From contig MCFH01000003.1 of the NCBI GenBank assembly GCA_002104945.1, positions 930,001 through 994,000 of the forward strand: a stretch of DNA of 64,000 bases. Direction: 5' to 3'. Within the stretch, counting starts at the first letter, position 1; each line of letters starts with the position of its first letter. Of this stretch, positions 47,598-62,030 are shown in pieces. A program made the position numbers and the translations under genes. Origin of the DNA: Piromyces finnis finn. Lineage: Eukaryota > Fungi > Neocallimastigomycota. A model generated the notes under the pieces. It did not search any database. It was not told the DNA's origin and was given only the letters and a program-made list of their open reading frames with translations.

Positions 47598-48195
47598 ATA
47601 ACAATGTAAAGTTTTGAAAAACACTAGATTAAACAAAACTCCAATAACACTAAATTTTTGATACACTTTTCTTTTTTTCTTGTTGTTTACTTTATGGTTC
47701 TATTATTTTATTGAAATGTTATTAACTACTTAATAATCAATAACAATTACAACTATTTAAATTTACATGAAATTTCGAACTATTTATATTTTTTGCGATT
47801 ACATTATAATATATCTAACTAATTTATTTATATTGCTATTCAATATAAAACTAACCTTAAGAATCTTAAATATAATAATTTAATTTCACAATATTAAATG
47901 ACGAAAATTTTAATGTAAATCTTTATGAAAATCCTTTAAGAGATTTTCATTAATTTTTTGAACTTTATTTATTATAAATTTTATGTTTTACACTAAGTGA
48001 TGAATAACTTTGGTTCACGTAACACAATAAGAATTTTTCGTGATTGAGAAATTAGTTTTTTTTTTTTTTTTGAAGATTATTAAATAAATTATTTAAATAT
48101 TGATTATTTAATAATCTTTACAAACAATTACCTTTGTTTTAATAAAACACGTTATAAAATTTTTAATAAAACAAATTAATAAAATTTTTTTTTAC

Positions 48196-48372
48196 CTACC
48201 TTAGTTTATCGAAGTATCTACCGCGTTTTGGGAACTCTCTACCTTGCTTTGAAATTTGGTACCGTGTTTTGATATTGCTACTGAGTAATAAAGGGATATC
48301 TACCGTGTTTTGGTATTGCTACCGTGTCATTTAGAACAACTACTTTGCTTTAGAGATATCTACCGCGTCCAT
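48196..48372. repeat. Degenerate minisatellite, 9 units of 19-22 bp, core CTACCGYGTTTT
   Basis: Units start at 48196, 48218, 48239, 48259, 48278, 48300, 48319, 48340 and 48360. Confidence 0.65.
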
Positions 48373-49836
48373 CATTGTACTTGAGTATATATTGTGGATT
48401 AACTTTATTTAATTTTCCATCAACATTTACTACTGTACTGTATTTAATTTTGTTACTATATTTTTAAGAGCTCGTCTAACACCGTTTGATAGGATAGAGC
48501 TACGACGACATCTTAATTAAAATATTGTAAAAAATTAAATAAGTAAATATTAAGTATACTGGAAGAAACCAACCAACTTTTATCTAACCTCCACTTAAAC
48601 GAAAATAAAATATTTAATGTGTATAAAATTATTAAATTAAAAATTATAAATGTAAACTTTTTGTTTATTTAATTGTTTATGTCTTTTTAAATTAAATAGT
48701 CTATATTTGTTTATAGTTATACTTTAAAATAATAATTTTGTATAAATAGCAATAGAAAATATTAAAAGTATCAATTATTATAAACACTCATTTTTTACAG
48801 AAACATAAAAGAGTTCTGTATTTTATCTTTAGGATTGTCATTATTATTCTATTTCCAGGTTTTAAGTTTATCATTTTTAGTAATAATTACTCAATTAGCA
48901 AGGAAAATTAGAAGATTTTAATAAAAATTATAATAAATTAATATATTTTCTTTTATAATACATTTAGAGATGTATTATATTTATTTTAAATTAACAAACT
49001 AATATAATTAATAAATATAATTTAAAATTATAAAAGCATTTTGTTTTATAAGACTTGTAGAATGGAGTAAGTAAAAATAAATCATTTTAATGCACACAAA
49101 TATACTACTTTCTAAGCCTATTTAGAATTAAGGTATATTTGAACCTGTGTCAATACAATTTGTAAGAAATATAGATATAATATCTATATTTATTAGTATA
49201 AATAATAAATATAAAATTTATTTATCTTCATTATTATTATTATAATATTTATTTAAATTATTTATAGATAAATTAAAAATAAAATTTTCAAATTACTACA
49301 AATCAAACAAATGTTAATCTATGGAAGAAAAATTTAATAATAAATTAATATTATCAATTTAGATTAGGTAATTAGTATAATTTAAATATAATTAAATAAT
49401 ATTTTTTCAAACCAATTTGGTTTTATTTTATTATTTAATTCCACAAATAATTCTTCAGGTTTTTCTTCTTGTCTTTTCTTTAAGAATCTCCGACTAGACT
49501 AGAAATCAATTAAAGATATATATAAATTAATTAATAAATTTAATAATTTAAATAAACAAAACAAAATATTTAATTAAAAAAGTTTTAATATAAATAGAAA
49601 TATAATCAACAATAACTTATTAATTAAATAAAAAGAAAAAATTTAATAATAAAACAAATATTATCCTTTTCTTCTTCTTTTAATCTTTCACGTGTCTAAA
49701 TCAAATTAAGTATTTTTTATTTATTTTATATTAAACTCAAAAAAGTTAATTATATTATAAGAATCTTATTATAAACTTTTCCAAGAAATTGTGTAAAAGT
49801 TTTATAATAAAAGGTACAAAACCCTTATACTTTACA

Positions 49837-52800
49837 ATTCCCTCCTTCTAATGTCGGATTCCAGACAACTTTGAATGTGGTTTGTCTGGAAACTTTTTGT
49901 GGAAAGCTTTCAGTAACTCGGGGACATATATGTCTGCGCTTTCACATGAATGATCTTTAGCAGGATATCCTTTCCATTCAACAAGATACTGAAGTACTCC
50001 GTTGTTAATTCTAGAATCCAATATTTCGTTTACTTCATACTCTAGTTCATCGTTTATTAAAATGGGAGACGGCTTCTGGATATCTCGGTTTTCAAAGGCA
50101 TTCTTAATAAAGGGCTAGAGATTAGATATATAGAAAATGGGGTGTCTTTGGTCCCGTTTGGATAGTTTTAACTTGAAATTTTGATTTTCCAAGCATTCAA
50201 TAATTTCATATGGTCTGGAAGGCTTCTTTGATAGCAAGTAGTTCCCTGCCGTAGATTGGCTAATTACATTCGGCGTTGATTAAAGCTCTCGAGAAGAAAG
50301 AAACAGGATGAAGAGAACCATCAAATTCCTGAAGAAGTTACTAGAATCAGATTCAATGATGATAGGCTTGTTCGAATCGGTATGGCGAAGAAGACTGGCA
50401 GAAAGGAAAGCATTTTTTAAATTATTGAAAGCTGAAACGGTAGCATATTCCATAATGAAAGAAACATTTTTATTTAACAATCGAGTCAAGGGCGCTGCGA
50501 TTTTTGAAAATTTCTTTATAAAACGCCTGTAGTAGTTACAAAAATCAATGAATTGTTGGATGTGTTTGGTATTTTGGGGAAGAGGTCAATTAAGAATGGC
50601 GTCTACTTTATTCTTTCCATTGATATACCAGAACCAGATAGATGGTGAACAATAAAATCAATTTCAGGACATTGAATTCGCATTTTTCAAGTTTAACATA
50701 GAAGTTATTCTTGAGAAGACGTCCGAGAATTAAACGAACATGCTTATGATGTTTTCTAATATATTAGGAAAAATGAGAAAACCATCAATTTAGGCGAAGG
50801 CGAAATCGTCGAGGAAATTGCTTAAAATATCATTGATGAATTGCTAAAAAATAGCTGGGGCGTTTTTTAGACCGAACGGCATGATTAAATACTTAAAATG
50901 GTCAAATCTAGTGTTGAAAACCATTTTTTATTCATTACCTTCCTTAATTCGAACAAGATTGTGAGCAGAGCGAAGATCGAGCTTAGTGAAGAATTTAGCA
51001 CCACTGACTTTTTCAAGAAGATCATTGATTAGCGGAAGGGGATAAGAGTTCCTAATAGTGATATCGTTGAATTTTCTACAGTCAATGCACATACGAAGCG
51101 AATTATCCTTTTTGTGAACGAACAAGATAGGAGCGCCGGTTGGGAAGATAGACTTCTGAATGAAGTTTTTTTCTAAGTTTTCTTTAATAATCCTTAAGTG
51201 TCTTTATTTCTTCCACAGTAAGAGAGTAAATTGGGCTGTAATGGAGAGAGATGTCGAGTTTTAAATTGATTTTACAGTTATAAGGCTATGCGGGGGAAGT
51301 CGCCTTTTTCAGAAAAGACATCCTTAAAGTCATAGGGCGTTTTTGAAGGTGAATCTATAGAGGGATAAGTGACATAAATTGCAAATTTTTGAGAAAATGA
51401 CGTTGGAGTATGGTAGAGGTAGAATCAGGTTTACTTACCAGAGGGGTAGCTGGAATGGGATAGTCAATAGGTGGTGAAGAGGGAGTCGATGAGGTTTAAG
51501 GAGGATGAATATCTGACGAATTATTTGTTGAATCATAAGAATCATTACAAAAGGTGTTTTTAGATTTATATTATGATTTATTAGATTCAAATATAGATAC
51601 ATCTTTTTTAAAATACAATTTTTTACAATCAAAATCTATGACTACACTATTTGAATTGAGCCGAGGGGTACCAATAATTGATAATGAATTGAATAGAAAA
51701 TGATTCATCTTTAAATATAATCCTGAGAGGTTTAGTTATTCCTAAAATATTAGAAGTTTTCCCACCACAGTCAATAGTTCCAGATATTTTTGAATCCGAT
51801 ACTAGAATAATATATTTCTCATTAAATAATTTAGAGATGGTGTCTTCGATAGCACCTGAATCAACCAAAATTGAGATATCGCATGGAATATTATTAATCA
51901 TAAGGGTGAATGGGAAGATAAGGTATTTATCTAAGGGAATGAAAAGATTATATAGCTTTAGATAGTTTGTATTATTGGCAGAAGGCTTAGACTAGAGTAA
52001 GAATTAGGCTCAGAATATACTCTAGATGTTAGTTTTTTGGAACTTTAGGACAAAAGTGTCCAAATGATCCTTGGCACCATAATACATACATAGACCTTGA
52101 TCACGACGTTTGCGTTTTTCTTCGGCAGATAAAGGACCACGTCTTTTAACATCAGATTAAGTAAAACGAACAAAAGGATTTTAATTCTCATTCTTCATTT
52201 TTCTCACCAATGGGTTATAAAGTGAAACACCACAATAATTTCTTGAAATATTATGTTTCTTGAGGAGGCTAGAGTCGATTATCATAGCTCTATGGAACGC
52301 AGCAAGGAGGGATGTATATCTTCACCACGTATTAGTTCGTTACTGTAGTTGCAATAAGAGGGTTCATAATAATTACGTTAACCAAGATTACTACAAAAGG
52401 ATTGTCCATCTTCGTCGTCCTAAGTAGCTTATTTTCCTTTTCTTGATAATATTTTTTCTTTCTTGAACTCTTTTGGGCTACTCTTGTCTTTTCTTCTGCC
52501 AACGTTACAATTCCTAGTGCAGTATATAGAGCTAAAGGTAATTTTGGAGTAATTGTAGTGGTATACAGGGCAATGTTTTTTATCCAAGTTACACCAAGAA
52601 TGATATCAACTTCAGAAATTCTAAGTGCATATAATTGAATTACTTCGTAGTGATTTTTCAAACGAAGAATTCACTTTTCTGATTTCTTTTTCACAGTATA
52701 CCTTGTTCAAAACCGGAAACCTTGAAAGATTCATCATTATTTGAGAGTTTAATATGGTTAATTCAGGGCAAACTCAGAGTGGATAAAATTGAGATCTGAG

Positions 52801-52880
52801 CCAGAATCAATAAGTACTTTAACCTTGACTTCATCTATATCATTTATCTTGATATAGAAATCATTTTTATGAATTTTCCA
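49837..52880 (-). pseudogene. Degenerate chromovirus (PR, Zn knuckle, PR, RT, RH, integrase C-terminus with chromodomain); 3' LTR begins at 49836
   Basis: [66 protein letters not shown]; PPT AGAAGGAGGGAAT then TGTAAAG. Confidence 0.85.
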
Positions 52881-52906
52881 ATGCATCAACTACATATAAA
52901 GAAGCT

Positions 52907-53110
52907 ATGTCTTGTAAGGATTCTAAATACTGGAAAGTAGCTATTACTGAAGAATTAATTAATCTTTATTCTAATAAAATTATGACCCTGGTAAAAAATA
53001 TTCCTAAAAATAAAAATATTATATTTACCATATTCCCAAATTCCCTCAATATTAAGTTGGGAATAAATAATAAATTACTTTATAAAAGCTGTTCAAAAAC
53101 TCAGAAATAA
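52907..53110 (+). pseudogene. Short Ty1/Copia fragment (start of RT)
   Basis: DSKYWKVAITEELINLYSNKIMTLVKNIPKNKNIIFT resembles 55780-55920. Confidence 0.55.
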
Positions 53111-54899
53111 GAAGAACAAAGCAAGTATTGATGAACCATCAAGCTTAAGTTTAGAAACCAAATACAATAAGTATATTAAGAACAAGATATATCAGGCTAA
53201 AAGTAACTCAAAAGGAAAACTAAATAAAGTTGTCATAGAACGTTGGAATTGCATAAAGAATGGTTATTGTTCAAATGAATTTCATTATTACAAGAGTTCG
53301 AAAAAAGTAAACACAATAAATATTAAAAACTACCAACCCAAAGGGATTCAGTAATTAATTATACAGAAACAAATACTTAAGAAACATATACAAATAAACG
53401 TAAAAAACGTGAAGATACTCACGAAGAAATATTTATTGTCGATTATGACGTGTCAGTGATTATAGATTTAAATTTCACTACCAAAGAATAAAAATATCAA
53501 TATAAATAATAATAAAGAAAAGGAAATAATACTATAAAATGAATCTTAAATTCAGGAACTACTTACCATATGACAGTTAACCTGAAATGTCTATATAATA
53601 AGTTAAAATATGAAAAGAAAATACATCTTGATGATGGTAAATTTATTTCCTTGCAAATGAAATTACTATTGATATATATATTACATGTGGTTAAACTTAA
53701 TGAAGTACTATGTTTATGGATGTAAGAAAAACTTAATTTCTATAAATTGCATATGCTATTAAAGCTATAAAACAATTTTTCTTAGAAATTGTCTTATAGT
53801 ATTTATCACATATTAATACTAAAATTTTTGCTATCATTTATAATTAGAATGGTAACAAAATTGTTTATACTTGCGCAAATTATTCAAAAACATATTAATT
53901 ATGTTTTTGAATGCATATAATATATGAATTTCTCATAAAAAGATTGTCTTTTAATACAAATAATGTAGTTCAATAGTGCATCCATTAGTAATGACGACCA
54001 TATATATATGTACATGGCACAAACATAAAGAACTTTTTGAATGAAAATATTTGAAAAAATCGATAAAATCGTTATTCCAATTTCTAATAATTAATAAAGT
54101 GATAATTTTCAATTAAAAAATATTCTCTTATTTTTTATTTTTGTGTTTGATTGTTTTATTGTTAAATATATAATCTGTTTTAAGATTAATATTTTACAGT
54201 ATCTCATATTCCACAATATACCCATGCTAACATGAATAGATTGCAAAAAAACTTGAAGAAATTAGTAACTTTTGACGAGATTTCCTATTTATATTTTGTG
54301 AGGAAGACACAGATTTTTTAAAATTTGTCGATAAAGGTAAGAATATATCTTTTGCCTGTATAAGACATTTTGATAAGGTCGATAACATCTGCATGAATAA
54401 TTTCAAGTTTATTTTAAACCAATAACAAAAATGTTTAAAACTTATCAAGGTAAAGAATTTTTAATTAATCGAGAATAAAACTTTTATTTTAGTAATATTA
54501 TAAATTTCTTTACTGCTAATAACACATTCTTTACAATAGGTTTTATTAAAATTCTTTGGAACATATAAAGGTAGATTAAATAATCACAACATAACTTTAA
54601 AGGTTTTATACTTCAAAGATATAGCACAAAATTTAATTAATGGAATAAAATTAGCACAATCACAAATAAATTGTGAAATAGTCAATAAAAATTTCAAACC
54701 GTAGTTAATAATTAAATACAATAATAAAAATATATTTAGAACACACGTCAATAAAGGGAATAATTTCAAAATCAAAACACAAAATAAAATAAATTACAAC
54801 GTTAAAAATTATTTTGCATTAATGAAAATTCGCCAAATATTATATGTCACAATAGATTAGGATATTATTGTAACAAAAATTTAGAAAATTGCCTAAAGT

Positions 54900-57800
54900 C
54901 ACACAAAATTTAAAATAATGAATGTCTACATTGTAAAATATTAATCTTGAATAGAAAACCATACAATAGGATTACACACAAAGCTACCAGAAGAAACGAA
55001 GTTATATATTCTGACGTTATAGGAACTTTACCACCATTTATAAACCAATATAAATATATTGTAATTTTTATTGATGAAACTACCGGAAAAGGTTGGGTGT
55101 TTAATTTAAAGAATAAGCTATATGTTACAAGTACAATAATCAATTTTATTAAGCTAATCAATAATAATTATCCAAATGAAAAAATAAAAATTTTTAAATC
55201 AGATAATGGAAGAGAATGCAATAACAAAAAATTATTAAATTTTTGCAAAATAAATGATATTAAAAAAGAATTTTCTCCTCCTTACAATTCTCAAAATAAT
55301 GGGATAGCCGAACACTTCAACAGAACTATTAACATCGTTCGTAAAAACAATTTTGTATTGGGAAAATCCTAATTTAAATTTTTGGGAATATGCAGTAAAA
55401 CACGCTGTATATATATACAACATAATACCACATAATAGTATTTCTAATTAAATTCAAATGAATTATACTTGGAAATACTATTATGTGGTATTTTGTTCCA
55501 AATGAATTATACTTTAATAAAAAGATAAATTTAAAGTATATCAAAGCTTTTGGCTGCATAGCTTACTATAAGAATTTCAATCAAAGCAAAAGAAAATATG
55601 AAATCATCTCACCAACAGACGATACACATATTAGTAAATATAGAATTACAAATGCAATTGAAGAAGAAAATATTTCTGAAAATATAGTAAACAACATTAA
55701 TAATAATACCAAAAAATTCGATAAAAATGTTGAAAGTAACACAATATTTTCAGTTACCATGAATATTCCATTAATTTACAATGATATAATTAAAAGAGAA
55801 AACTGGAAAGAATGGAGACGCATAATTAGAAATGAACTTTCAAACTTATACATTAATAAAATTATGATATTCGCCAAAAATATTCCAGAAAATACAAATA
55901 TTATATTTACAAAGTGGATTTTTAATATCAAACGTGATTCTAACAATAAAATATCAACCTATAAAGCAAGAAATTGATTATGATAATATTTACTCACTAA
56001 CATTAGATATTTTTTGCATTAGACTTATCCTATCATTAGCTGCAAAATTCAAATGGAATATCTATCTGTAAAAATATAATATATATCTTTAGATTATTTA
56101 ATAATTAATTATTAATTATTAAATAATAAATTGAATTATAAAATTTTTGAATAAATTTTATAGAATAATTTAATAATAAATTATTTTATAATAATTCTGT
56201 TAAATTTAAATTAAAATAAATATTTAAATATATGAAATAAAAGAATTTAATATTTAAAATATTTTTAAATACTTTTTATTTAAATTTAGTATAGTTTAAT
56301 TATTGTAGCCAGAAACCTTTTTTAAAACATAATCGTTTTTGTCTAAATGAGCATTTAAATAAGAAGCCTTGATATCTAATTGATGCTGTAGAATATTTAT
56401 TTACCAATAAAATAACAAAACACAAAAATGAAAATAAATAAAAGAATATTTTTTATCACAAATTATCACTTTATTAATTATTAAAATTTAAAATAACAAT
56501 TACATTGATTTAACAAACAAAAAATTACATGTATTTATATTTTTTCATAATTATATTCTAATATATATTCTATTTAAATAAACATATATACATATATTTA
56601 ATATAAAATAAACAAAACTAATCTAGTTAAATAATAAAACAATAATTCAAATTGAGTAAACTCAAAATTGAATAAAGCTCATGTATTATATATAAATTAA
56701 TTTAATATTATTAATACTATTCATAATATATTTCCTATTGAAATATAAGATTAATATATTACACTATCAATTAGACATCAAGGCTGCTTATTTAAATGCT
56801 CATTTAGACAAAAACGATTATGTTTCTATTACCCAAGGTGGTAAAAATTATAAAAAGGATTTACTAAAACAATTAGGACATAATTGGAATATCACAATTT
56901 CGGACTCTCTCTCTAAGATTGGTTTTATTCAATTTAAGTCAGAATCTTGTTTATTTTATAAAACTTATGATAATTCTATAACTTGCTTAATAGGTCTTTA
57001 TGTGGATGATATGATTATTTCTGGCACTAATCAGGAATTAATTAGTACTATATTAAAAATCAAAAATAAATTTTCTATTTTCAAGTGTGAAAATATTAAC
57101 TTCCTTTTAAGTATCAAGGTTGTAAAAGAAAATTTCAGTTACACTATTTCTCAAAAGTCTTACATTGAAAATATTTTTTCAAAATATAAATAAAAAATAT
57201 TTTCAATGTAACTATATTAAAAAATCTAAAACACTAAAACTCCTTGTACTGATGAAAATTATGTTTCCAAGAACAATTCTTTATTCGATAAATAAATCTG
57301 CTATTAGTCCTTTAATTCATTTAGCTAAATGTACTCGGCCTGATATTGCTTTTGCTATCAATAATGCTGCTAGATATAGTGAAAAACCTACTGTAAGTGA
57401 CTGAAATAAAATTATTGATATATTTAGATACCTCAATTATTCTATATACTAATCGATTACATATGGTGGATCTGGTGACTTAGCTTACTCTGATGCTGAT
57501 TTTGAGGGAGACAAAAATGACAGAAGATCAACGTCAGGCAATCCTATTTACATGAGAAAATAAACCTATCTTATTGTCATCAAAGAAACAAAAAGTCGTT
57601 GCTCTTTCGACCGCTGAAACAGAATTTATTAGTACTTCCGAATTAACAAGAAATATTTTATAATTAAGAAACGCTTTAAAAAGAAATTTTGAACAAAATC
57701 ATAACAATAAAAATATATACAGACAATTTATCTAGCAAAAAGACAATTGAAAATGGACAATTCAACAACGATATGAAATACATAGAATAAAGAGAACACT

Positions 57801-57940
57801 TTATCTTTGACGCTTTTAAAAATAACAAGATAAATTTAGAATATATTAAATCTGAAGAAATACTTGTTGACACAATAACCAAAAATATTAATGGATCAAA
57901 AATGACAAAATTCACAAACTTAATTTTTAATAAATAATAC
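54900..57940 (+). pseudogene. pol: Degenerate Ty1/Copia pol (IN-RT-RH order)
   Basis: IYSDVIG..FIDETTG..KSDNGRE..PPYNSQNNGIAEHFNRTI (IN); QLDIKAAYLNA, IGLYVDDMII and TRPDIAFA (RT); AYSDADF..RRSTSG (RH); GAGGGGAAG purine tract at 57955-57963. Confidence 0.88.
56067..56763. mobile_element. Solo LTR-K (697 bp) in the Copia RT
   Basis: TGTAAAAA...ATTACA with TSD CTATC (56062-56066, 56764-56768); removal restores KWNIYQLDIKAAY; shares core blocks with LTR-I and LTR-J. Confidence 0.85.
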
Positions 57941-58519
57941 AAATAATTAAGTTTGAGGGGAAGTGAAAAAATATAATTCAGAGAACATTTTGTCCTAGCC
58001 ATGATGGACATTTTGGGAATGGTCAACCAACCAGTACTTCAATGTGTTAATTAAAATAAAAAATATTTTTAACCATATAATTATAAGATTTAGTAAACTT
58101 TAAAATTTTTGTGGCCTTAAATCCACCCCTCAAAAAAAGAAGAAAGTTTACTAAATCATCTAAAACTTAATTACTAATTAAAATTTATATTACTAATATT
58201 AAACTTTAATTAATAATAAAATTATAATTTAAATTACTAATGTAAAGTATTTCTAATTAATATTAGCAACTTATTAATTAAATTTATTTATTATGTTTAT
58301 TAAATTTAATTTAATTTAATTAAGGTAATAACTAAGATTTCTTTTTACTAAAATAAGTTGCTAATATTAATTAGAAATACTTTATATTACGATTATTCTA
58401 ATTAAATTAATAAACATAATAAATAAACTTTATAAAACATAAATTGTCTACAAATATCTACATAAAACAATTAATTACTTTTTATAATATTACATTATAT
58501 AAGAATATGTTTTATTAAT

Positions 58520-58850
58520 ATTAGTATAATATCATTGTAAATAATTGTAAATAAAAATATATTATTGTACTTATAACCATATTATAAATAAATAAAATTA
58601 ACACTTTTAAATAAATTATTGAAATAAAATAAATTAAAAATAATAATGAATAATACTACTAAAGGTATTAGTTTTAATAGAATACCCATTTTGATTTCAA
58701 TAAAGGTTGAATTTGATGATTGGGAATTTTTTCTTAAACATTGGTGTAACTTATATAAGGTAGCAGAACAAGAAAAGTTAGAATACCTTATATCATTAAC
58801 TACAGGTACAGCTAGAACAATAGTAGTTAATACATTAAAATCTTAACTAT
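58520..58850 (+). pseudogene. gag: Fragment of element G family leader and gag start
   Basis: 66-aa ORF nearly identical to the protein at 1-184 (-). Confidence 0.65.
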
Positions 58851-59689
58851 TCTAATTCATTTAATTTGAAATGATGGATAGTTTCAAAAAGTACGTAGTT
58901 TTAAATATAACTTTTCTGAAATAATAATAATAAATAATAAATATTTTTTTCTTTTATAAAGAATATTTATTATTTATTATTATTATTTCAGAAAAATTAT
59001 AACTAATATTTAAACTGACTTACATATAATAAATTTTATTTTACAGTAAATTAATTAGCGCCATTTATGTTAGTATTAATAACTTCTATAAGAAACCAAA
59101 GGAATAATTTAGAAGATAATTATTAATATAATTAATGAATTAATTTATAGTTTATTTATTTAATTTATAATTAAAGCTTAGAATAAAAAGAAATAATGTA
59201 TTTTCAACTTCAATTAAAAATTATTTTTATAGTAATCTTTTAATAATTTTACAATAACTACAATACTAACTTTATCATTGAATAAAACTTCGTAAGAAAT
59301 TCTATTATTATCTATATTATATTAAATAATACTCTTATAAATAACAGAAAATTGAAGTAACCAGAGGCAGTTCGACAAGTAATGTGTTAAATAAATTCAT
59401 ATTCTATTAGATTTACATAATACTTATAATCATATTAAAGAAAAGAAATTTTGGTTAAAAAGAAAGAATTATTTAAATAATTTTATTCCAAAAGATAAAA
59501 TATAATATTAAAGGCATTTAAAGGGTTTAAATACTTTCATTATTTCATTATATTATTATATTTGTTGATAAATATAAATTATTCATTTAATGCTTTTAAA
59601 TAATATATACATAAAAATCATTTAAATTAATTAATGCTTAAAAATTAAATTAGTAAAAAATAATATATTATAGGTAATAATTAAATTTT

Positions 59690-60066
59690 AATATAAAGAA
59701 TTTTAATAAAACCTATTGTAAAGAATGTGTTATTAGCAGTAAAGAAATTTATAATATTACTAAAACAAAAGTTTTATTCTCGATTAATTAAAAATTCTTT
59801 ACCTTGATAAGTTTTAAACATTTTTGTTATTGGTTTAAAATAAACTTGATTTTGAAATTATTCCCTTTATTGACGTGTGTTCTAAATATATTTTTATTAT
59901 TGTATTTAATTATTAACTACGGTTTGAAATGTTTATTGACTATTTCACAATTTATTTGTGATTGTGCTAATTTTATTCCATTAATTAAATTTTGTGCTAT
60001 ATCTTTGGAGTATAAAACCTTTAAAGTTATGTTATGATTATTTAATCTACCTTTATATGTTCCAAA
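59690..60066. repeat. Inverted, re-ordered duplicate of about 54400-54775
   Basis: Sequence and short ORFs mirror those at 54227-54775. Confidence 0.7.
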
Positions 60067-60139
60067 ACAATGAAATTCTCAAGTAGTGTTATTGGTAAAT
60101 TTCATTTTATTTTTTTAAAATTTTTTTATCATTAGTTAT

Positions 60140-61070
60140 ATTCTGAGGCACCTATATCATATATCCAAATAATATAGTTTAGGGATTTTTTATTGTTTCC
60201 TTCATTATTAATGTTAATAATATAGGCAAGTCCATCATTTGACAGGATTTCATCTATTTCTTTTTGTTTAAATAGTTGATATGGTTTTTATTATGACTTC
60301 TATTGTTTTGTTAAGTTCTTTCTTTACTGTTACTATTGTTTTTATTCTTGTTTTTCGTGTTGTAACCACATTCATTAGTGTTGTGCTTTTTAATATGTGA
60401 CTGTATTTTTTTGCTCTTGAGTTATGATTATTTCTGTTAAATTTCATTATATTATTTACTAGATCAATGTCCATTATATCTTTATCATAGTCTCTTTGTT
60501 TTTTCCTATATGATATAGTAGTATGTATTTATTTTTAATATCTTCATATATAAAGCAGTTGCTGTGGTGGTAATTCCAGAAATAAAAATGATTTTTTGTT
60601 CCTTTGGCATGCATCCTAAAAGGTAATCTATTTTTTCTTGTTCAGTAATCGGTAAATTTTTCTTTTTCATTTGCTTAAATATCGCCATCATTTTGTTCGT
60701 TACCCCAAGTATTTCTTTGTGATTTTTAACTTTCACTTCCCGTAATTTGTTCATACATTCTTGTAAGGTTACATCTTCATCTTGTTAAAATAGAATTTTT
60801 AGATTTTCCATAAGATCATGGGCGGTATCGATATCAGTTATCGGAGGGTAGATTTTATCTTCAGTGTTGTTAAGCATAATGGATTTAGTAGCTGCATTTT
60901 CATTTTGTATCCTTTGTATTTTCACTGGATCTTGAATGTTACAGTAGTAATATTTTGATCTAAGTAATCCTTGTGAGAATGCTGGTTATTCTTAATTTTC
61001 AAGCATTAAAGTTATCTCCATTAAGTGGACGTCCGTTATTAGCAAGAATATATTCTGTAGCCAATGAGAC
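60140..61070 (-). pseudogene. gag: Degenerate Copia-like gag
   Basis: DTAHDLMENLKILF..MNKLREVKVKN..LPITEQEKIDYLLGCMP; helical Copia gag-like pattern with stops. Confidence 0.5.
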
Positions 61071-61329
61071 TCTTTAATAAACGTAATAAATAAACTTTAT
61101 AAAACATAAAGTTTATTTATTACGTTTATTAAATTTAATTTAATTAAGGTAATTACCAAGATTTCAATAATACATTTACAATTTCTTTTTTTACTAAGAT
61201 AAGTTGCTAATGTTAATTAGTAATTTTTTACATTACGATTATTCTAAAAAAACATTACATTAGTAATTTACATTATAATTTTATTATTAATTAAAGTTTA
61301 ATATTAAATTTTTATTAGTAATTAAGTTC

Positions 61330-62030
61330 TGGCTGAATTATATTTTTTCAGTAATTAAGAAGATTTTATTTTTGAGAAAATGTTAATAATATATTTTATT
61401 TATATTAAGTTATTTATATATTAATATTGTTGTTTATAAGAAGTATTTAAATTAATGTGTTTATTATTTTTTATTATAAAGCTGAAAATAATATTGATTA
61501 TGTTATTATAGTACCTTCAGAGTACCCGACAGTTTCGTCACCGTGTCTTTCGATCTTCACTAACTAACCATCATAAATATTAAATGGTGTAATATTTACT
61601 TATTAGTTAGCGCTACTACCCACGATATGTGATAAAACACAAAATTGTTTCATTAGAAACACTCAATAAATAAAAATTTTAAATATTTAAATATTAGAAA
61701 AATGAGTGTTTTCTAATATTTAAAATTTTAAATATTTAAATATTAGAAAAATGAGTGTTTTCTAATATTTAAAATTTTATTTATTTAGTTATTAAAATGA
61801 CTATTAAAATTATAAAAATATTAACTAAACTATATATTTTCTTAATAAATATATGTATTTATTAATATTTACATGTATTTATATTTTCTTTTAAATTTAA
61901 ACTATTTACAATAAAAGTAATAAATATTTTAAATATTTTAATAAAAGTATTTAAATATATTATTTTATAATATAATTTTAAGTTACTTTTAGAATTAACT
62001 TAAAAATCAGGTTTAATAATAATTCTATAC
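61330..62030 (-). mobile_element. Degenerate element G leader plus LTR-G remnant
   Basis: Matches about 510-800 and 2270-2900/3905-3925; contains the empty C site. Confidence 0.65.

Noticed and set aside
48196-48372. Possible CRISPR array
   Set aside because: Repeats are short and degenerate, there are no proper unique spacers or cas genes, and the context is eukaryotic.
53110-54450. Possible decayed coding sequence
   Set aside because: No continuous frame or motif that I can support.
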